Shown piece by piece: positions 57,763-64,000 of a stretch of 64,000 nt of DNA. The DNA lies in NCBI GenBank assembly GCA_016936595.1, contig JAFGXO010000050.1, forward strand, positions 87-64,086, in the 5' to 3' direction. The notes beneath the pieces were generated by a model that had not been told where the DNA came from, made no database searches, and was given only the letters and a program-made list of their open reading frames with translations. The translations under genes and the position numbers were made by a program. The stretch is from Bacteroidales bacterium (GTDB lineage Bacteria > Bacteroidota > Bacteroidia > Bacteroidales > JAFGUD01). The first letter of the stretch is position 1, and each line of letters opens with the position of its first letter.

Positions 57763-58584
57763 TTAATTAAAGTTTTGAAATTTGCTTTCGCGAGGATTGA
57801 TTGTCATAATAGGTACTTTAGCATCGTTGGCAATGATTTTTTGCTCCCCGGCCCCCATTACGTAATCTAATGTTCCAATATTTTTTGTAGTCATAATTAT
57901 AATCATGGCAGCATCGATAATTTTAGCAAAATCAGTTGTTTTTTCAGCCAAACTACCTTTTGTTCCAAGTTTATTAATTTCGTAAGAAATACCTTTAGAT
58001 TCAAGATATTCAACAGCAACTTTAATATTTCCGAGAACTTGTTTTTTTGCAAATTTATCTTGTTCGTCAATATAAACTAAATGGAATTTTGCTTTAAGCA
58101 TAGTATTAACAAAATTCATCCAAATAAGTTTTTCTTTATTTTCCACTTTAAAATCGATTGGAACAACAACGTCGTTAATCTCTCTTTCTTTAGGAGCTTC
58201 TTGAACTACAATAAAAGGGCATTTAGAACCGGTAATAACTTTAAGAGCCCAACTACCTGTAACTTTTTGCATCCCCTTCATTCCATGAGTTCCCATAACA
58301 GCAAAAGTAGCTTCGGTGTCTTCAATTACTTCGGTAATTGTAGTAAAAATACTTCCCTCTTTAACAATGGCGTGCACCGGACGGCCATATTTTTCCTTAA
58401 TTTCATCTATTTTACCTTCCATTTGTTTTAGGGCAGGTTCAATATCTTTTGATTTTTTTACAATATGCAATAAGGCTACTTCTTTGCCTGATACTGCCGA
58501 ATAATTTAAAGCATGCTCAAGTGCAAATTCTGCTTTATCTGAAAAGTCCCAAGGTACAATTATTGGGTTTTTATATTCGCTCAT
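57763..58584 (-). CDS. Universal stress protein (tandem USP domains)
   Basis: IIVPWDFS, LLHI, VMGTHG..G...GS, second VVPIDF domain. Confidence 0.9.
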   Translation of the reverse strand: MSEYKNPIIVPWDFSDKAEFALEHALNYSAVSGKEVALLHIVKKSKDIEPALKQMEGKIDEIKEKYGRPVHAIVKEGSIFTTITEVIEDTEATFAVMGTHGMKGMQKVTGSWALKVITGSKCPFIVVQEAPKEREINDVVVPIDFKVENKEKLIWMNFVNTMLKAKFHLVYIDEQDKFAKKQVLGNIKVAVEYLESKGISYEINKLGTKGSLAEKTTDFAKIIDAAMIIIMTTKNIGTLDYVMGAGEQKIIANDAKVPIMTINPRESKFQNFN

Positions 58585-58650
58585 AATTTCGGATTTATAA
58601 AATTTTTGCTAAATGTAGAATAATATTTTTAATTTAAAAAATATATTACA

Positions 58651-58688
58651 TAAAACGTGCCTTTTTTTTTGAAAAAAGGCACGTTTTA
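58651..58688 (-). terminator. Intrinsic terminator after the first tonB paralog
   Basis: taaaacgtgcctttttt..aaaaaaggcacgtttta perfect inverted repeat. Confidence 0.85.
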
Positions 58689-58694
58689 AAAATA

Positions 58695-59387
58695 CTAATT
58701 ATTTAATTGGAAAACAATTGGAACTGAATACCAAACCGGAACGGCTCTTCCGCCCTGCATTCCCGGCTTAAATTTTGGTAAAGATTCAACTACTCTAACT
58801 GCCTCGTCGTCTAAAAGTGGATCTACTCCTCTTGTTACTTCTACTGTTCCAACATTTCCGGTTTTTGATACAACAAACCGTAAATATACTGTTCCTTGAA
58901 TATCGTTTTCTTGAGCCATTTGTGGATATTCAACATTTTCGGCAATATATTGTTTTAATGCTGCTACTCCGCCCGGAAACTCAGGCATTTGTTCTGCCCA
59001 AACTACTGGTTCATCTACAACTCCGCCATCATCGTCATCTGAAAAATCAATGTCTGAAAAATCAACGGCATCGTCGTCGTCAATACCTAAGTCAAAGTCA
59101 TAATTATCACTTAAATCAACACTATTGTCAACTATTTCTATTACGTCAGAAACTTGTTGTTGTGGTGGAGGAGGAGGTGGTGGTGGTGGTGCATCATTTC
59201 GAGTTACCGCTACTTGTTCTTCTTCAATTACTGCTCCTGTGTTGCCGGTTAAGTCCTCAATTTTAACATTTGCTTTTGAAATGCTAAATACCGAGAAAAT
59301 TACTAACAATGCTAATGATATTCCTATTAGCATAAAGGTTCCTCTAAAGTTCTCGAGGTTCGCTTTGGGGTTCTTTTTCGGTTCCAT
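58695..59387 (-). CDS. tonB: Energy transducer TonB
   Basis: KKNPKANLE, TM helix, poly-Pro, MPEFPGG, YP..A....IQG.V...FVV, TonB_C domain. Confidence 0.92.
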   Translation of the reverse strand: MEPKKNPKANLENFRGTFMLIGISLALLVIFSVFSISKANVKIEDLTGNTGAVIEEEQVAVTRNDAPPPPPPPPPQQQVSDVIEIVDNSVDLSDNYDFDLGIDDDDAVDFSDIDFSDDDDGGVVDEPVVWAEQMPEFPGGVAALKQYIAENVEYPQMAQENDIQGTVYLRFVVSKTGNVGTVEVTRGVDPLLDDEAVRVVESLPKFKPGMQGGRAVPVWYSVPIVFQLNN

Positions 59388-59612
59388 AATTTTTTTGGTT
59401 AAAGTTACAACTTTTGAAGATTTATTATGCTACCACAGCCTTTTTTTAAACTTTTTTAAGTCTGATAAAAACAAATTACCTTCTTTTTTTAACACAACAA
59501 AATTATTAAAAAATCAACTTAAAAAAAATATTCTAAATTATATTAACATTTTTAACATTTTACAGATTTTACTTAAAACAATTAAACCCTGATAATTAAA
59601 TACTTAGCGTTG

Positions 59613-62045
59613 TTAAAATGTAAACAAATTTAAACTTGATACTTGAGTGTAATCAATAACTTTAAATGCTCCTTCGATAGCGTAAATATCATTGGGTGTA
59701 TAAAAATATATTTTTTTTGTTTCTCCGGGAGCCAAATTCACAAAATTATCGCTAAATCGACCGTCTTTTTCTGTAAATACATATACATGTCGTGCAAAAT
59801 AATTTGTTGTTAATTCTATTACATATCCGTCATCTACTGTAAAATATTTAACTTTGATATTTGGTGGTTTTAAATTTAAATTTCTATCCTCAACAAATAA
59901 AAAATATTTTTCGTAATACAACTCTTGATTATAGAATACATCAACTTTTAATACTGCCTGTTTTCTACCTATTTGGTTTAATTCTCTTGAAAGATTAAAT
60001 GAAAAATACTCTTTCATATTTTGACCGTAAATTGTTGTATTTATCATGTTTTTTCGCCAATAAACTTTACCATCAAAATTATACAGTTTTAAATAAATAT
60101 CAACGTTTATATTTTCTTTTAAATCTGATAAAATATCAAAGTTTACATCTCCATTTACTTCGTTCATTTTTACCAAAATATTTTGCATATTCCTTTTCAG
60201 TGCATACATCTGACCTTTCCAATAGCCATTATAATCAACCAATGAATTTGAAATCACCGGCGTGTAATCTTTATACTGGCCAACAATTACGGCGTTTTTT
60301 GTTGAATTTATTCTTAATTCAACTATTTTTTTCTCATATTCTGCAACTGTAATAAATTGACTCGCATAAACATAAGCCGAAAAATCGATAATATTCAAAT
60401 TGTTTTTATGTATCATAGATTTTATAACACTATCTGCAGATGACGGACGAAAATAGTATCTGTATATTTTTGCATCTAAAGTTCTATCGCCTTGTGAGGT
60501 AAATTTGCGTATAGCCAAAATATTAGGAAACGATGGTAGTATATTTTCAATTTTGTCCATACAAGAATAATCTATATGCTCAAAATATGTTCGTGAGCTG
60601 TCATATTTTTCAACAATATTTTTCAAAATTCGGCCAAAAATCAAATTGTTATTTTGTAAAAAAAATAATGAATCGGCAGAATTATAACCACAAGCATGTT
60701 TGTACATATTATAATAATGTGTGAATGAATTTTGTCCACTCCAAAAAGCTAAACAAGGGTGGTTTCTGAGCCTAATAACGTTTTGAGTTGCTTCTTGGGT
60801 TATATTTTGAATAAAGTTTCCGGTTGTATCAAATATTTTGTAGGGTAACATAAAATCTTGCCAAACAAGAACCCCATTTTTATCGCATTCGTTGTAAAAT
60901 ATGTTTTTTTCATAAATCCCATTTTCGTCAACATGAACCATATTTACTCCTGATTGAACAAAATCTTTAATTGCATTTTGATAACTTACAGTTGTTAAGC
61001 CATTTAAAAAAATATCAATTGGTAAATAATTAATAATTTTAAGATTAATTAATTGCCCATTCAAAAAAAGATTAAACTTATTATTTGTTGTGTCAACAGA
61101 TAAATCTCTAAGACCATAATTATTTGAAACTTGTTGCACAATTTCATCATTATACAAAATTTTTGTTGTAAATTTATATAAAAAAGGCTCGCCGGTATCG
61201 TGCGTCCACCACAAAACAGGATTTTCAATTTTAAAACTATAATTTAATATGTTTTCGCCTTTTTTAAGATTAATACTTTTATTTATTATAATTTCAGATT
61301 CATTAAATATTTGCAAATCAATATTTGTATTGTTTTTTGCTAATATTTTATAAGTTACATTTATTACAGCTTCCTCGTCGTAGTGCAATTTTTTTATCTG
61401 AAAATAAACATTTTCTATATTCGCTCTTTTCCAGCTTTGCATTGATACGTTGCCTGTTATGCCTAAGGGCACATAATAAATTCCTTTTGTAGTATCAATA
61501 AAATAATTTGGAAGACGTAAATTTTCGTATCCTTTGGCGGGCAGTTTAAAAGAAGCATTTTGTCTAACTATGGCTTTTGCGTCTTTTAATGGCAAAAATT
61601 TAACAAACAGTTTGTTTTTACCTCTTTTTAAAATGTCTGAAACGTCAATTTCCCAAGACTTAAAAGTATTGTTAGCCACGAACAATAAACTGTCATTCAA
61701 ATAAACTTCGGCAATACCTGTAATACGTTCAAAATAAAGTTGATAATTGTATTTTTTAGGATCACCTGCAATTTTAATATTAGCACTATATTCCCAAGAA
61801 ACGGTATCTGTCCATCTGTTTAAAGCAAAAGTATTTCTATAAAAAAGTGTTTGAATTAGAGTATCTCTTTTGGCAGCTTCCTGAACACTTTCGGGTATAA
61901 TTGCTCTTTTCCATTTATCCTGATTATTTTTCCTATAATTCCAGCCTGTAACATTTTCTGATTCAAATTCATTTGTTTTTTCATCAAAAGTGCATGAAAA
62001 AGTAAACATTAAAGCTAAAAATATTATTAACAGCAGTTTATTCAT
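59613..62045 (-). CDS. GH2 beta-mannosidase-like lipoprotein with degenerate catalytic motifs
   Basis: Lipobox TFSC. P.LWW...GEP.LY, GLR, G.NM, YE..FY..CD..GVLVWQDFM, RLRNHP, SLVDY.G.WK. Has WSGQNS where GH2 mannosidases have WCGNNE. Confidence 0.75.
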   Translation of the reverse strand: MNKLLLIIFLALMFTFSCTFDEKTNEFESENVTGWNYRKNNQDKWKRAIIPESVQEAAKRDTLIQTLFYRNTFALNRWTDTVSWEYSANIKIAGDPKKYNYQLYFERITGIAEVYLNDSLLFVANNTFKSWEIDVSDILKRGKNKLFVKFLPLKDAKAIVRQNASFKLPAKGYENLRLPNYFIDTTKGIYYVPLGITGNVSMQSWKRANIENVYFQIKKLHYDEEAVINVTYKILAKNNTNIDLQIFNESEIIINKSINLKKGENILNYSFKIENPVLWWTHDTGEPFLYKFTTKILYNDEIVQQVSNNYGLRDLSVDTTNNKFNLFLNGQLINLKIINYLPIDIFLNGLTTVSYQNAIKDFVQSGVNMVHVDENGIYEKNIFYNECDKNGVLVWQDFMLPYKIFDTTGNFIQNITQEATQNVIRLRNHPCLAFWSGQNSFTHYYNMYKHACGYNSADSLFFLQNNNLIFGRILKNIVEKYDSSRTYFEHIDYSCMDKIENILPSFPNILAIRKFTSQGDRTLDAKIYRYYFRPSSADSVIKSMIHKNNLNIIDFSAYVYASQFITVAEYEKKIVELRINSTKNAVIVGQYKDYTPVISNSLVDYNGYWKGQMYALKRNMQNILVKMNEVNGDVNFDILSDLKENINVDIYLKLYNFDGKVYWRKNMINTTIYGQNMKEYFSFNLSRELNQIGRKQAVLKVDVFYNQELYYEKYFLFVEDRNLNLKPPNIKVKYFTVDDGYVIELTTNYFARHVYVFTEKDGRFSDNFVNLAPGETKKIYFYTPNDIYAIEGAFKVIDYTQVSSLNLFTF

Positions 62046-62062
62046 ATATATTCAAAAATTAT

Positions 62063-62070
62063 TATATTTG
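62063..62070 (+). promoter_or_regulatory. Bacteroidota -7 element (TATATTTG)
   Basis: Consensus match 8 nt before the ATG at 62079, inside a 33 bp divergent gap. Confidence 0.5.
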
Positions 62071-62078
62071 CATAAAAA

Positions 62079-62693
62079 ATGGGACTCCCCTACTCTTATC
62101 AAAAATATTACGAAACAAAATTAGAGGCTTCAAAATTTTTTATAAAATTAGAAAAAAGCTCAAAAGTAAAAAACATTTTTTCCAATAACGGAATAATTGA
62201 ATTTAATTTCCTCTCCGGTTTTTTTGGAATAAAAACTAAAGTGAATTTAGATTTTAGAACAGAAAAAGAAGGGTTTTATTATGAGTTTTTTCTTGTAACG
62301 CTAATTAAATTTGCAATTATTTTAATTATTTTATTAGCTTTTATTATTCCTGATTTTAAAAGTCTCCTGATTTTTTCAACAATTAGTATTTTTACTGTTT
62401 ATGGCTTTGCAATTTATCAAATTAACTCTTCGCTTGAAACAATTTTTGAAAAAATTATTGGAGAAAAAATTAATCCCGAAGAAATAAGCCCCGAACAAAA
62501 ACAATGGATTGAAGACCTTACCTCGTGCCCTGCTTGCGGAAGTTCATTAACAGAATTTGACAATTTTTGTCCCGATTGTAGGCTAAATTTATCTAACAGG
62601 CAAAAAACAAAAAAACAGCCTGTTTCAAGAACAGGCTATCATGATTACAGAATTAATTACTCTTTTTATAATTCTTCTGAAAATAAAACTTAA
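62079..62693 (+). CDS. Hypothetical membrane protein with C-terminal zinc ribbon
   Basis: Two TM helices, then CPACG..FCPDC. Confidence 0.7.
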   Translation: MGLPYSYQKYYETKLEASKFFIKLEKSSKVKNIFSNNGIIEFNFLSGFFGIKTKVNLDFRTEKEGFYYEFFLVTLIKFAIILIILLAFIIPDFKSLLIFSTISIFTVYGFAIYQINSSLETIFEKIIGEKINPEEISPEQKQWIEDLTSCPACGSSLTEFDNFCPDCRLNLSNRQKTKKQPVSRTGYHDYRINYSFYNSSENKT

Positions 62694-62699
62694 AAAAAT

Positions 62700-63371
62700 C
62701 TATTTTAATTTAAAAATAATTGGCACATTATACCATACATTTACCGGACGTCCACCCTGTAAACCGGGTTTAAAATCGGGTAAAGATTTTACTACTCTTA
62801 CAGCCTCTTCATCTAATATAGGATCTACTCCTCTATAAACTTCTACATCTGTTACTTTACCGGTTTTTGAAACAACAAAACGAATATAAACTGTTCCCTG
62901 TATTTCATTATCAATAGCAAGTTGAGGATATTTTACATTGTTTGAAATAAACGAATTTATGTTAACCATAGGCTCAGGCATTACTTCTGCAACTATCACG
63001 GGATCGTCAGTAACTTTAAACTCAAAGGGATCATCAACATCATTTGGATCAACAAAAACAGTAGGGTCGTCATATTTTTCTATAGGAAAATCGAATAATT
63101 TTACCTCTGTTTCATTATCTACTAAAGTAATAAAATCTTGATTTACTTGTTTTGGAGGTGGTGGCGTTTTTACCTCTGGGGGCTGACGAGTTATTTCTAC
63201 CATATCGCCATCTACAAACGCTGTAGTATTATTTATTACATCTACGGATACATCTTCCTTAGTAAAACTTAACGAAATAAACACTACTCCAATTGATACA
63301 ATTAGACCTAAAAGAACAAAAATGCTTCTGTAATTTTCAAGGTCGGATCTGGGGGATTTTTTTGCTTCCAT
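62700..63371 (-). CDS. tonB: Energy transducer TonB (second paralog)
   Basis: KKSPRSDLE, TM helix, PPPPK, YPQLA...IQGTVYIRFVV, RGVDP, TonB_C domain. Confidence 0.9.
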   Translation of the reverse strand: MEAKKSPRSDLENYRSIFVLLGLIVSIGVVFISLSFTKEDVSVDVINNTTAFVDGDMVEITRQPPEVKTPPPPKQVNQDFITLVDNETEVKLFDFPIEKYDDPTVFVDPNDVDDPFEFKVTDDPVIVAEVMPEPMVNINSFISNNVKYPQLAIDNEIQGTVYIRFVVSKTGKVTDVEVYRGVDPILDEEAVRVVKSLPDFKPGLQGGRPVNVWYNVPIIFKLK

Positions 63372-64000
63372 GATTTTTTTTATGTAAAGATACGTACTAA
63401 AATCCCTTAATTAAAAACTCTTTAATCTTTATTAAGACTATCTTTATTTATTAATTTATCTTAATTTTACAAAGTAAAACATTACTAATCAGCAACTTAT
63501 TTTTCTGTTTTAAAATTATTTAACAACTTGATTTTCAGATTTTTTAAGAAAAAAAACAACTAAAAACTACACATAAAATTAATGAAAATAAAAAAACACC
63601 CCTATTTGTGATATTATTTCTTATTTGTATTCAATTTTGTATCATTATTTTCTTAATATGTATATTATAACTTTTCTTAAAACAATTATCGTATAAAATC
63701 AGGTAACATAATTATAATGTACAGATACGCTTTAAGTAATTACTGACATGAACTCCATTTTGTAGGTTGTATAGCCACTCTTAGTTTGCAATGCAAAATT
63801 AGAAGTCTATTAGCATAACTTGAACCGAGCATTGGGATACAATTACAAATTTTTTAAATGGGCTTTTATAAATTAAAATAATTGCCTTTCCTCTACCCAA
63901 AAACATAAAAAAATTGAAACAAAATTAAAAACTGACATTATTTCAACTCAGAAAGAAATTTAAAAATTTTGCATATTAAGGCAAATCAAGTAACTTTGAA

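Noticed and set aside
59125-59592. ORF with a poly-Gly tract and GGT/GGA microsatellite
   Set aside because: It is the antisense shadow of the TonB poly-proline linker.
63372-64000. Long AT-rich gap as a replication origin or ncRNA locus
   Set aside because: I saw no DnaA-box cluster or convincing structured RNA, and the region is cut by the window edge. A 30-codon minus-strand ORF near 63742-63834 is too short to assign.
1-64000. CRISPR arrays, IS elements, prophage, retron or DGR
   Set aside because: No regularly spaced repeats, transposase, integrase, phage or reverse transcriptase motifs were seen in the ORF track or intergenic DNA.

Overview
AT-rich chromosomal window from a Bacteroidota (probably Bacteroidales) genome. 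The assignment rests on TAnnTTTG promoter boxes, a T9SS C-terminal sorting domain, the purM-prfA-pyrF order, DUF5689/DUF5916-type proteins and Bacteroidota-type TonB paralogs. It holds about 50 CDS, mostly housekeeping (add, recN, pyrF, prfA, purM, gap, rnhB, pyrH, pyrB, purS, comEC, def, miaA), one tRNA-Ala(GGC), several intrinsic terminators and a ~2.3 kb decayed chimeric pseudogene region (13459-15726). I saw no transposase, integrase, prophage or CRISPR array. The best leads for undescribed biology are: a TrmO/TsaA-family SAM-binding protein with a lipoprotein signal; an intact GH2 beta-mannosidase-like lipoprotein lacking its acid/base motif, flanked by two TonB paralogs; an orphan SrfA-like N-terminal domain fused to three Ig-like repeats; a stand-alone LeuC-LeuD fusion with altered active-site motifs; a SusD-less TonB-dependent receptor plus DUF5689-type lipoprotein pair; and an Acr1-like reductase plus acyl-CoA synthetase operon. 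All family calls come from motif recognition by eye, not database searches.
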